DNA of 64,000 bases from Candidatus Bathyarchaeota archaeon (GCA_963782525.1 CAWAKC010000001.1:1-64000); one strand, 5' to 3'; positions 47,633 to 57,041 are shown, numbered from the stretch's first letter. Numbers and translations: made by a program. The notes: a model not told the origin generated them from the letters alone.

Positions 47633-48943
47633 TCATACAATATCTGATCGGTTAAGCTTAGCGCTTTTTCGATACCTAATTATCAAAGCAGCAGAGAAAA
47701 CTGATAAAAGCAAGGGCAGGATCGCTAACCAAGATAACTCTGGGACAGAAGGAGTAGGATTTGTTGGTGAGTTTGATGGTTGTGGTGTCGAATTTGGATT
47801 GGAAACGTCTATTTTTGTCAACCAAGGTGCAATAGCAGTTGTGTTTATGCTTGAGTAGCCTGAGAGTGCGTAGCCGCCATCACTTGTTTGAATCACGCAA
47901 CTGGGTTGCCCAGTAAGATTCATAGCCCATTGTTCCTTACCAGCAGTATCTACTTTAACCAGCCGTAGGCCAGCCAACGCAAAACCCTCGTCACTTGTTT
48001 TAGTCATTGCAAAGGTTGGTCCCGCACCATAATAGTTCGTCCACTGTTCATTGCCCAAAGCATCTGTTTTTGTAATAGCCATGTTTTGGCCTCCTCCGTT
48101 GGAGCGGAGCCATATCCATCCACCTAAAGCGTAACCGTTGTCACTGGTTTGCGCAACAGTGCAAAGAAAGTTCATGTCTTGGTGAACAAAGGTTTTGTTC
48201 CAGTCTTGATTTCCGCTTGAATCAGCCTTAATAAGAAGGTAAAAGGAATTAGGTTGCTGGGTCTGCCCGCCAATAGCATAGCCCCCATCGCTAGTTTGGA
48301 TCAACGAGTTTGCATCCCCTAAACCGTAAGTTTTACTCCATTGCAGACCACCAGACGAATTAGTTTTTACAAGCCAAACTGTGTGGGTATAAGACGGAGG
48401 AGGAAAGACATGTCCTGTATAGTAATTTGAAACGGAAAGCACTGCAAAGCCTCCATCGCTGGTTCGGATTATGGCGCTTGGAATACTGGTTCCTGATCCA
48501 GCGTAAGATTGTCGCCATTGTTCTTTGCCGTATGCGTCTATTTTTATTAATGCTATCTTGTTTTGGTATTCAGCTATTGCTGCAAAGCCGCGGTCTGATG
48601 TTTGAATCAAATATTGTCCGCTGTCAACATCAAAAATAGAGCCAGTATAGCTGCCATTCCATTGCTGGTTACCGTTCGAATCAACTTTAACGATGTAAAA
48701 CACACCGCTAGCGTAGTTCGGGTCGTTGGAATTGTAATTAGTGGACAATAGTGCATACCCGCCGTCTGCAGTCTGAATAATGGTTTTCGATAGTTCGCCA
48801 AAACCAGGGTAAGTTTTGCTCCAAGCAGTCGATTGATTAACCTGAGCGTTAACCCCGGTATTTGTGAATAGACAAATGGCAAACGACGCAATCACGATAA
48901 CTGTTGTAACTTTGATTAGAGATTTAGCCCCATCTGAAATCAT
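47633..48943 (-). CDS. Secreted beta-propeller-like repeat protein with a C-terminal anchor
   Basis: Repeats QTSDGGYA...L.K.D..G..QW.K.Y; signal peptide; VPEL + TM + basic tail. Confidence 0.85.
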   Translation of the reverse strand: MISDGAKSLIKVTTVIVIASFAICLFTNTGVNAQVNQSTAWSKTYPGFGELSKTIIQTADGGYALLSTNYNSNDPNYASGVFYIVKVDSNGNQQWNGSYTGSIFDVDSGQYLIQTSDRGFAAIAEYQNKIALIKIDAYGKEQWRQSYAGSGTSIPSAIIRTSDGGFAVLSVSNYYTGHVFPPPSYTHTVWLVKTNSSGGLQWSKTYGLGDANSLIQTSDGGYAIGGQTQQPNSFYLLIKADSSGNQDWNKTFVHQDMNFLCTVAQTSDNGYALGGWIWLRSNGGGQNMAITKTDALGNEQWTNYYGAGPTFAMTKTSDEGFALAGLRLVKVDTAGKEQWAMNLTGQPSCVIQTSDGGYALSGYSSINTTAIAPWLTKIDVSNPNSTPQPSNSPTNPTPSVPELSWLAILPLLLSVFSAALIIRYRKSAKLNRSDIV

Positions 48944-49414
48944 TTTTTTCTACTTTCTCTCACCTAAAGCATCTGTGGCGTTATGTTATAAATCTTGACT
49001 AATCCCGGTTCTTAAAATAATTCGAGTCGTTTTTGCAGGAGTAATTGGTTTGTCTAATAGATATGGTTCTTTGGTTAATGTTCTGGTTATGGCAGGCGTG
49101 ACTGTCAATGATGGTGTGATCTCTGCCGATGAAACTGTGGGTGCGGTGGAAGAGCAGTCGCGAATCCTTTACCTGATCCCAAAGAGTGCCCGCTACAGCC
49201 AAAGGAAGACTCAAGCAAGAGAAAGGTTGCAGACAAAAAGCACTAATAGTTTATTAGCCTAAACACGTCAACAAAACTCGAGACGAACACAAGTGTCTCA
49301 AAATAACCCGCGCGCAATTTTTAGACCAAGAGGGCATAGGAAATTATCAGATTTGAGTTTAACAAAAAATTGGCTAAAGGTTGAGCCTAATCATTTTTCC
49401 GAAGTATCTCGCTT

Positions 49415-49555
49415 ACTTGCATTAGCACCCATAGGGCTAAGAATGAAATGACCAAGCATTAGCGCGCACGGAGCGAGGAGAAGTAAACGCTTGCTTGCAA
49501 GAGGTTAGCCCGATAAATTACACTAATAAGCGCTTGCTCGTAAGCAATTGCACGG
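49415..49555 (+). repeat. Non-coding repeat family A, copy 1
   Basis: CTTGCATTAGCACC...AAGAATGAA...AGCGAGGAGAA.TAAACGCTTGCTTGCAAGAGGT...CTAATAA.CGCTTGC...TAAGCAATTGCAC is shared with 56025-56163. Confidence 0.85.
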
Positions 49556-49598
49556 AAGAATATTGGCTAAATTGTTTTCAAAGAATTCTTTGCAAGGA

Positions 49599-49636
49599 TA
49601 ATTAAGAATTATGCTGGTAATTCCCATGATAATTAT
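49599..49636 (+). repeat. Symmetric 63-bp element, copy A (core + right half)
   Basis: TAA-TTAAGAA-TTA-TGCTGGTAATTCCCAT-GATAATTAT. Confidence 0.75.
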
Positions 49637-49876
49637 ACTCAAAAAGCCCAAAGCTATAGTCAGCGTAGAAAGCGGTAATCTCAAGGGGGTTATTAAAAAT
49701 TATACTGTAAAAATAGCGGATAATTATGGGTTTTTAGTTGTCTTACAAGCTAAAAGTTGATAGTTAAAAATATCATCCGATAAGTCTTTTATAGAAACAG
49801 CAGACAATAATCTGTTCGCATCTCATAATTTTACTTCTTCAGTTTTGAAGCGAATCTTCCAAGTCTTTTTGCAACT

Positions 49877-50479
49877 TCAGGAGCATTTCTTGTTAATCTT
49901 TTCAAACAACTCCACAAATGTTTCCTCTGATTGTGCGCCTGTTATTCTGTATTTGCCATTTACAATGAATGTTGGTACACCGCTAATATCGAGCTTTTTA
50001 GCTTCAGCACAGTTATCAGCAAAACTGTTTTGATACAATGGATTCTTTAAACAGTCTTCAATTTCTTTTCTATTTAGACCAATTTTCTCGCAAATTTCAA
50101 AAAGCACAGATTCTTTTCCAATATCAAGACAACGTTCAAAATAGGCTTTGAAGACCTCATGGGTGAATTCTTGATTTTTGCCGACTTTTCTAGCGTATTC
50201 ACCAACTATCAATGCCTTTTTTGAATTCGAAAGGAGTTTAGCATCACAGAAGTTAAGACCATACTCTTTTCCTCTGAACCTGAGATTTTCATACATCTCT
50301 TCTATTCCATAGATTCTTCCGCTTAGGTCTACTCCTTCTTCGGGTGTTTCAGGGTGGATTTCTATGCCGATGTGTTCTATTTCTATGTCGAATTTGTTTT
50401 TGAGTTTCTGAATGATTGCTTCACCCAGATAACAGAAAGGACAAATATAGTCTGAATACATCTTGATTTCAATCTTCAT
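49877..50479 (-). CDS. DsbA/FrnE-family thioredoxin-fold oxidoreductase
   Basis: SDYICPFCY, ISGVPTF and GAQS. Confidence 0.92.
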   Translation of the reverse strand: MKIEIKMYSDYICPFCYLGEAIIQKLKNKFDIEIEHIGIEIHPETPEEGVDLSGRIYGIEEMYENLRFRGKEYGLNFCDAKLLSNSKKALIVGEYARKVGKNQEFTHEVFKAYFERCLDIGKESVLFEICEKIGLNRKEIEDCLKNPLYQNSFADNCAEAKKLDISGVPTFIVNGKYRITGAQSEETFVELFEKINKKCS

Positions 50480-50503
50480 CTAATCACTTTTAATCTGTTA
50501 GCT

Positions 50504-51268
50504 TTATTTTTGAAGGTTAAGCATCTCCTTGACGAGAGCTAAACCTTTTTGAGTTATGATGTAATCTCCCTTCGATGATTCTTGAGCTATCAACTTTGCA
50601 TTAACCAGTTTCTTTAAGTGGAATGCGAGATGACCAGCTTTGAGGTCTACGATTTTTGACAACTCAGAGAAACTCTTCTTTCCATTGTACACACTAGCTA
50701 GTAATTTGAGCCGTGAATCATTTCCTAAAGGTTCAAACAAGTTCTGCAAAAGAAATGGAATATCTAAAGACTGATTGTTAACCATCTTATCATTGCTAAC
50801 ATCTTTAACCAAGACTATTTCTTGGTACGCTCTTTTTTCACGCTTTAACTTCTTATCAAAGTTAGAAAAACAGTTTCCGCATTGCTGACCTTTGGTCTTT
50901 TCAACCATCAACTCGGTCTTAGCTATTCTGTCATCTAAATCTGCGAGAGCGACTTTTATTCCAGATTGTTTGATAACTTGTGTGTTTTCTTCTATTGTGT
51001 TTTTGTAATGCTCAAGACATTTGTTTCTGTTTTGGCAATCTTCTTTGACTAACAGAGCAATGTCTTGATTTAGAGATTGAGACCTCTGACCAGCATAGAC
51101 CAATAGGTGATTTTGCGAAAGAGTATCTTCAATTGCACGAAGACGTTCCTTTAAAACAGTTTCTTCTACCCTGTTCATGTCTGCTCTTAAACCTTTTATC
51201 TCCATCTTCAACTCAGCTATTGCACCAATTAAGTAATCGGATGATGAATCCTTGCCTGTGTTAGCCAA
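50504..51268 (-). CDS. ArsR-like winged-helix regulator with a Cys-containing N-terminal domain
   Basis: C-terminal EPLGNDSRLKLL..FSELS..GHLAFHLKKL..YIITQKG; four Cys in the N-domain. Confidence 0.85.
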   Translation of the reverse strand: MANTGKDSSSDYLIGAIAELKMEIKGLRADMNRVEETVLKERLRAIEDTLSQNHLLVYAGQRSQSLNQDIALLVKEDCQNRNKCLEHYKNTIEENTQVIKQSGIKVALADLDDRIAKTELMVEKTKGQQCGNCFSNFDKKLKREKRAYQEIVLVKDVSNDKMVNNQSLDIPFLLQNLFEPLGNDSRLKLLASVYNGKKSFSELSKIVDLKAGHLAFHLKKLVNAKLIAQESSKGDYIITQKGLALVKEMLNLQK

Positions 51269-51364
51269 ATACTGTACTTCCCTTTCATTTGCTGAGTATA
51301 TTCTAATTCCCTAAAAGTATATTAGAGTTTTGCAGCTATGCTTACATTATAGGATGTGTAAATT

Positions 51365-51763
51365 TTGGTAAGTATACCTAAAGAAGTAATGGATGTTTTA
51401 AGTGCAAGTGATTCAGCGAAAATGATAGCAACTATAGACGATAAAGGCATTCCAAACGTAGTTCCATTATGGTTTGTAGTAGTAGACTCCGAAACTATTG
51501 CGTTCGCAGAAGTTTTCATCAAGAAAACAAAAGAAAATCTTGAAAAAAACAAGCAAGTTGCTCTTGCAGTGTTCAAAGGACCAATGACAGGCTACCAACT
51601 AAAGGGAACATTCAGTGGTTTCCAAACAAGTGGACCAATTTTCGATAACTTCGCAAAGAAGAGTATGGAAACCATGAAAATGAAAATAAAAAGTGTTGGC
51701 ATAATAAAAGTCACAGAAGTCTTCTCTGCTTCGCCAGGACAAGGTAGCAAAAAACTAGCATAG
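51365..51763 (+). CDS. Pyridoxamine 5'-phosphate oxidase-like FMN-binding protein
   Basis: ATIDDKGIPNVVP, KTKENLEKNKQVA and GYQLKG. Confidence 0.88.
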   Translation: MVSIPKEVMDVLSASDSAKMIATIDDKGIPNVVPLWFVVVDSETIAFAEVFIKKTKENLEKNKQVALAVFKGPMTGYQLKGTFSGFQTSGPIFDNFAKKSMETMKMKIKSVGIIKVTEVFSASPGQGSKKLA

Positions 51764-51842
51764 ATGCAAACGTTTTACAAAACTCTCAAACACTTTTTTC
51801 TTTTTGTTGTCTATTTTAGGTTCAATATTTAGGTGATTTGAG

Positions 51843-52019
51843 ATGTCAGGTGAGATAGAAAAACAAGTCGAAGAAATCGTTAATGAAAAAGCCACTGCCG
51901 AAAGAATATCAAGTGTTATAGACGTTGCTGGTAAGGAATTTCCCTGCTTAACATGCGCTTCGAGAGATGAATGTGGAAGCTTTAAATGGTTTAATAAGTG
52001 GTTTGGAACAAAAATTTAA
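51843..52019 (+). CDS. 58-aa small protein with a CxxC...C motif (below the ORF-track cut-off)
   Basis: AGGTGA SD, ATG 51843, MSGEIEKQVEEIVNEKATAERISSVIDVAGKEFPCLTCASRDECGSFKWFNKWFGTKI-stop. Confidence 0.75.
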   Translation: MSGEIEKQVEEIVNEKATAERISSVIDVAGKEFPCLTCASRDECGSFKWFNKWFGTKI

Positions 52020-52106
52020 CTCTGGACAAGAGTAGTTATTTCGTAACTTATTGCGGTTTATCCTCTCAGCTTCATAACAAACTCTTGAAACAACGGCACC
52101 TAAGTA

Positions 52107-52169
52107 ATAATTATCCCATCTTTATCCAGTCTAATTAAGGATTATGTTGGTAGTTACCCTTGTTAGCGC
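52107..52169 (+). repeat. Symmetric 63-bp element, copy B (right outer arm decayed)
   Basis: ATAATTATC-N16-TAA-TTAAGGA-TTA-TGTTGGTAGTTACCC. Confidence 0.75.
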
Positions 52170-52194
52170 AACCGTTAGCATAAGCTCGGAAAAC

Positions 52195-52488
52195 TTAAGG
52201 AACGCTATCGAGGATTTCAAATATTTCCAGAGTTGGCTGAACTCCGTTCCTTTGGAATAGTTCAATTGCTTTGGGGGTCTTTGTGCTACTTCTCATTTTA
52301 TCTAGAGCGTCTCTGTTTTCCCAAATTGTTTGAATCCTGTAACTTTCAGGGGTCTTGCTGTTCCTTAGAAGTAAGGATGATACTAAGCCTGGCGGAACTG
52401 GCTCTCTTTTAGCTGACGCAAAATTCGCTTCAAATTCCTTGGCTCTTAAATTTGGCACCTTTCCCTCGACTATTGTAATTACTTGCAT
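52195..52488 (-). CDS. ABM-like (dimeric alpha/beta barrel) small protein
   Basis: EFEANF, PPGLVSS.LL, YRIQTIWENRDAL pattern. ATG 52488. Confidence 0.7.
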   Translation of the reverse strand: MQVITIVEGKVPNLRAKEFEANFASAKREPVPPGLVSSLLLRNSKTPESYRIQTIWENRDALDKMRSSTKTPKAIELFQRNGVQPTLEIFEILDSVP

Positions 52489-52545
52489 GAAGAATCCCAA
52501 TTAAAGAATGAATGTCTTCACTTCATAAGTATTACTTTTGGGCTA

Positions 52546-52608
52546 ATAATTATCAAGGGATTTTCGTCACTAATTAAGAATTATGGTGGTAACTCCCAAG
52601 ATAATTAA
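52546..52608 (+). repeat. Symmetric 63-bp element, copy C
   Basis: ATAATTATC-AAGGGATTTTCGTCAC-TAA-TTAAGAA-TTA-TGGTGGTAACTCCCAA-GATAATTAA. Confidence 0.85.
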
Positions 52609-52704
52609 GCCATTAATTGTTAACTGTTGACCAGGATGGCAAATCTTTGCGCTCGCAGCAAATAAGATAAACTATTTACGTCGTTACCAAATAAGTAGAA
52701 GGCA

Positions 52705-53211
52705 ATGAGAAAGATAACACTCATATCAATACTCATAGGCGTCTTACTAGTCGCATCGGGTTTTGTGTACTTCCAGAGCCTACAAAAACCCTCAGTTCCC
52801 TTGCTTACCCCAACACCGACCCAAGCAACACAAAACCCTTCTCTTATTAAGATCGCGAACTTTTCATTTACTGGCTATTACAACCCAGTGAATCAAGAAT
52901 GGAATTATCAATTCCAAGTCCAAGTCCAAAATGAACAAACAAGTGTCAATAACGGTGCAACTCTGACTTTTGATATTTTGAACAATTATACTATGCATAG
53001 GCAAATTGTAATCGGTGAACCCACAGTCCGCTATTTACCGCCAGGTGAACAATACCTTTTAGGCACAATTAAACCTGGGGAAAAAATAACAGTGAACGGT
53101 TTTATTGAAAACAACTTGGGTGACGATGCCAAACTAAGAGGCAGTACTTTTGTCGCTTACCTTAAGGTCAACAATACTCTTTTCGATGAGAAAAGCATAC
53201 TCTTAGACTAA
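52705..53211 (+). CDS. Membrane-anchored hypothetical protein (beta-sandwich-like)
   Basis: N-terminal TM, PT linker and beta-rich domain. Confidence 0.8.
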   Translation: MRKITLISILIGVLLVASGFVYFQSLQKPSVPLLTPTPTQATQNPSLIKIANFSFTGYYNPVNQEWNYQFQVQVQNEQTSVNNGATLTFDILNNYTMHRQIVIGEPTVRYLPPGEQYLLGTIKPGEKITVNGFIENNLGDDAKLRGSTFVAYLKVNNTLFDEKSILLD

Positions 53212-53268
53212 TTTGAATTTCTAGCTAGCGCTGCTGATTCTTGCGCAAAGTTAGCGTAGGTTGGGTAG

Positions 53269-53331
53269 ATAATTATCAGGGGATTTTCAGTGCCAATTAA
53301 GAATTATGTTGACATTTCCTGTGATAATTAT
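53269..53331 (+). repeat. Symmetric 63-bp element, copy D
   Basis: ATAATTATC-AGGGGATTTTCAGTGC-CAA-TTAAGAA-TTA-TGTTGACATTTCCTGT-GATAATTAT. Confidence 0.85.
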
Positions 53332-53638
53332 GCCATCAAACTGTGAGCAATCTAAGCAGTCCTTCGAGCGAGAAACCACCATTTATCTATTCAACAGTCA
53401 AGAAAGTTTGACCAAATCTGGTAACTGTCAGCTCTATCTTAATCAAGGTTTGAGACTGTGTGATAACTCAATTGCTTTTCAAAAAATTGCTGATTTGCTC
53501 GCAAAAAGCAATGGCTGATAAAACGGCTTTTAACAACAATGAAGCAATTTTCAAAATCCAAACTGACTTTTTACACAGTCTCGTTTCTTGACAAAAATAC
53601 CTATAAGGCGATAACTTCATGACTATTTCTGATAAGAA

Positions 53639-54601
53639 ATGAAAGCCTCTATTGCTTTGGTTACTGTGTGCCTCATTGTTTCTCTTTCAATCCTCGCCTT
53701 ACCAGTTAAAGCGCAAGAGCAAGAACCACTAAACCTAACAATCAAGCCAGATGGGAGCATTGAACCAGACACTGATATTGTTTGGCTTCAAAGAAATGGC
53801 ACCACCTACACCTTTATTGTAGATATTTTTGGCACCATAACAGTTCAAAGAGCAGGAATTACAATCGACGGAGCAGGACATACCCTTCAAGGGAACCCCC
53901 GAGAATCGAACTTTCGAGGGATAAATTTGGTTGGACATGATGAGGCTTTCAATGCATATGGCAACGTCTTAGTGAAGAATTTGCGAATTTACAATTTCGC
54001 GGAAGGCATATACACTCCCTCAAACAACAACAGTTTCATCGGCAACTACTTTGACAATGCACGCCTCCACATTATAGGAGGAAGCGATGAAGGAAATATC
54101 GTAAAACATAACATTTTCAATAGCACCGAAATATTCGTTGACTACAATAATGGCGGAAATGATGTCATAACCGAAAACAACTTCATTGACAGTTGGATTT
54201 TTGTTGATTTGGCTAAACCGCCAATTGTTGACAAGAATTACTGGAGCAATTATACAGCAGAATACCCCAACGCAAAGGAATTAGATAATTCTGGAATATG
54301 GGATACGCCAAATGTCTATGACAAATTTGTAGGCGGTAGCCACGGCAACTATTCAGCCATTGATTATCACCCATTAGTTAACCCAATAACCGATTTTGAG
54401 ATTCCCAACTTTAATATCCCTCTTCCATTAGCATCGCCTACTTCACAGCTTACGATTAATACTGGTCCAGAACCACCACAAGCAGAACCCCTCACAACCG
54501 CGATTATTGCCGCTGTGACGCTCGTAGTCGTGTTAGCGGTGGCTGCTGGGTTGTTGGTTTACTTCAAAAAACGCCCACCGAAATCGGGAGGTAAAACATG
54601 A
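53639..54601 (+). CDS. Secreted beta-helix (NosD-like) protein with a C-terminal TM anchor
   Basis: Signal peptide, TIKPDGSIEP, IDGAGHTLQG, NYWSNY, GIWDTP, DYHPL, TM + KKR. Confidence 0.85.
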   Translation: MKASIALVTVCLIVSLSILALPVKAQEQEPLNLTIKPDGSIEPDTDIVWLQRNGTTYTFIVDIFGTITVQRAGITIDGAGHTLQGNPRESNFRGINLVGHDEAFNAYGNVLVKNLRIYNFAEGIYTPSNNNSFIGNYFDNARLHIIGGSDEGNIVKHNIFNSTEIFVDYNNGGNDVITENNFIDSWIFVDLAKPPIVDKNYWSNYTAEYPNAKELDNSGIWDTPNVYDKFVGGSHGNYSAIDYHPLVNPITDFEIPNFNIPLPLASPTSQLTINTGPEPPQAEPLTTAIIAAVTLVVVLAVAAGLLVYFKKRPPKSGGKT

Positions 54602-55704
54602 GGAAGAATGTTGCATTGCTGGTTGTTCTCGTTTTCTTGGCAACTGCATGTTTGACTGCGTATTTGCCCGTGAGGGCTGAATCTAAAACAATCACGGTAC
54701 CAGACGACTCCCCAACTATTCAAGAAGCCATCAACGCTGCAGACGTTGGAGACACAATATTCGTTAAAAGAGGCACTTATGTGGAAAATCCAGTAGTAAA
54801 CAAATCGGTTTCGCTAATTGGAGAAGATAGGGACAAAACTATAATTGACGTGACGGCAGGTTTAAAGGTGCAGAGCAACAACGTAACCATAGCAGGCTTT
54901 ACTATCTATGACGGGTATGACGGGATATCATTAGCTACAAACTACTGCAACATTTCAGGAAACAAGATAACTAATACGACTCATGGCATCGTGGTATTCG
55001 GTTACGAGAATTTGATATCAGGAAATATTTTTGAATCAATCGGGCTTTCATCAGCAATCCAACTGAACTTTGCAAACAGGAATTTTATAAGTAGAAACTA
55101 TATCGCCTCGTGTGTTGAGGGAATCCAGATTTGGCAAAACAGCAACAACAATACTATTAGAGAAAATACAATCACAAACTGTCAGTATACGGCTGTTAGT
55201 TTTCAATACTCAAACGATAACGTGATGATTGGAAATAACATATCCCTTTCAGGTCTTGGAACGTCCATTTATGCTTCTAATAATAACACTATATCCAACA
55301 ATGATTACTTGAAAAATGTCGTTCAATTTTCAGCTAATGAAGATTATTACCTTACATGGGGTGGCAATCGCTCAATTAACACAATTAACCGAAACTATTG
55401 GAGTAACTATAACGGGACAGACGCTAATAGAGATGGCATCGGTGACACTCCATTCATTATAGACTCCTACAATAAAGATAACAATCCTGTTATGTCCCCA
55501 ATTCCAGTTACTTTACCTAATTATGGTCCAACTTCCTCTCCAATCCCAACCATCAATACTGGTCCGCATATGCCAGAAACAGAGCCGTTCCCAACTTCAA
55601 CAGTTTTAGTTGCTGCTTTAATTCTTTTAGCGGTTGTTATCGCATCAGTTTTGCTTTTTAGAAGACATCGAAAAACCTCTAATTTGGGTAAGAAGAGCCC
55701 GTAG
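54598..55704 (+). CDS. Secreted beta-helix (NosD / pectin-lyase-like) protein with a C-terminal TM anchor
   Basis: ITVPDD.PTIQEAINAA..GDTIFVKRGTY, Asn-ladder repeats, DGIGDTP and EPFP + TM. Confidence 0.88.
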   Translation: MRKNVALLVVLVFLATACLTAYLPVRAESKTITVPDDSPTIQEAINAADVGDTIFVKRGTYVENPVVNKSVSLIGEDRDKTIIDVTAGLKVQSNNVTIAGFTIYDGYDGISLATNYCNISGNKITNTTHGIVVFGYENLISGNIFESIGLSSAIQLNFANRNFISRNYIASCVEGIQIWQNSNNNTIRENTITNCQYTAVSFQYSNDNVMIGNNISLSGLGTSIYASNNNTISNNDYLKNVVQFSANEDYYLTWGGNRSINTINRNYWSNYNGTDANRDGIGDTPFIIDSYNKDNNPVMSPIPVTLPNYGPTSSPIPTINTGPHMPETEPFPTSTVLVAALILLAVVIASVLLFRRHRKTSNLGKKSP

Positions 55705-55750
55705 CAAACCATAAATTCATTCTATTTTTATACTGCTTATTGGGGTAGCC

Positions 55751-55954
55751 TTGAACAATTTAAGTAGGAATCGTTTGGTCGGTGCGTTCGGAGCTATTGG
55801 TATAGGATCGATAGGTTATGCGATTGTAACATATTTTGTTATTGATTCCAGTAAATATTTACCGTTTGCATTAATCCTATCTACTATTGGTGTTATTTTT
55901 CTAATAACTTCCATAGCAATAAATTCAAAGAAACTGTACCCTGACAAGCAATGA
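55751..55954 (+). CDS. Small two-TM membrane protein
   Basis: Two hydrophobic helices; GGGGT SD-like site before TTG. Confidence 0.6.
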   Translation: MNNLSRNRLVGAFGAIGIGSIGYAIVTYFVIDSSKYLPFALILSTIGVIFLITSIAINSKKLYPDKQ

Positions 55955-56024
55955 CCATAAATGACCTTATCCCAAACAAGTTTAGGTTGAGTGCTAAATT
56001 ATTTTTGTTTTGGTGAATCTCTCC

Positions 56025-56163
56025 TGCTTGCATTAGCACCTTTGGGGCGAAGAATGAAGCTACAAAGCATAGCACGCACGAAGCGAGGAGAATTAAACGC
56101 TTGCTTGCAAGAGGTCTAACTCGAATAATTAACTAATAATCGCTTGCCTTTAAGCAATTGCAC
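56025..56163 (+). repeat. Non-coding repeat family A, copy 2
   Basis: Diverged direct copy of 49415-49555. Confidence 0.85.
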
Positions 56164-56239
56164 CAGAAATAGTGAGCAAATTACTCTCTGCAAAGTAACA
56201 AAAATTTGCACTAACCCTCTTTTTTCTATGGGCTCTTTA

Positions 56240-57041
56240 CTAACTTAGGTTACTAATGTAACGCGCCATTATTCTATAGGTTGGAGTGTCAGGGGCAACA
56301 TGGATATAGAGAGTGTTGCCGCTTGTGACTATGTTTTTAGACCCAGTATATTGCCAATTTGAGAACTGCCATTCACCATGGGGGATAAAAGAGGGGGCGC
56401 CCTCATTAGTCATTATTTTGGGTACTGTCACGGTGTGATTAGTTCCAAGATACCAATGGAAAACATAAGACATCTCTCTACTGTAATTGGCTCCATCAAC
56501 GGTCATCGAATAGCAGGGTAAGTCATCCCAAGGGGAAAACGTAAACACGAATCCGATTGGAGTAGTAAAGGGGTAAATTAAGCCAGTTGAATAGTACTCG
56601 GTCGTTTGCGCCAAGTTATAGACATCTATTCCAGCGTTAAATTTTCCTTCCTTCCAATTAAGCGGTATCATGGGAAGAAACGTTACCGTTTCAGAGGAAC
56701 CACCTGCTATTTCCAAAGTAGTGGTATTATCGGCGAGTTCCATCATATTGCCGTTTGGTTCTTGAATTTCCATAACAACGAGGACTTTTTCCTTTTGTTG
56801 CCCATTATTGCGAATCTCAGCTGTCACGTTAACTTGTCCTGGTGTGTCATTTGAGGGACTAACGGTTGCAGTAGTGACAACGAATTGCTTTGGCTTAGCT
56901 GAGGGATAAGAAGTGGGGGATTGAGTAGTTTGTTGTCCAGAGAGTGATTGAAGATTTATTTCTGTAACGATGCGGAGCTAGCCCAATAGCAATTACAAAA
57001 ACCAATATTACGGCAGCAACTATAACCCATTTTCTCTGTAT
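56240..57041 (-). CDS. Membrane-anchored Ig-like hypothetical protein; ATA start and apparent +1 frameshift near 56974
   Basis: GAGGT SD, then ATA-QRKWVIVAAVILVFVIAIGLA joins RIVTEINLQSLSGQQTTQSPT...NVTAEIRN if one base is removed. Span 802 nt (3n+1). Confidence 0.7.

Noticed and set aside
49670-49815. Additional dif-like half sites (GCGGATAATTATGG, TCCGATAAGTCTTTTATAG)
   Set aside because: They are too degenerate in AT-rich sequence to distinguish from chance without a profile search.
49599-53331. CRISPR array or classical integron attC interpretation of the 63-bp repeats
   Set aside because: The spacers are whole genes of very different length, there are no cas genes, the attC core ends (RYYYAAC/GTTRRRY) are absent and no integron integrase is adjacent.
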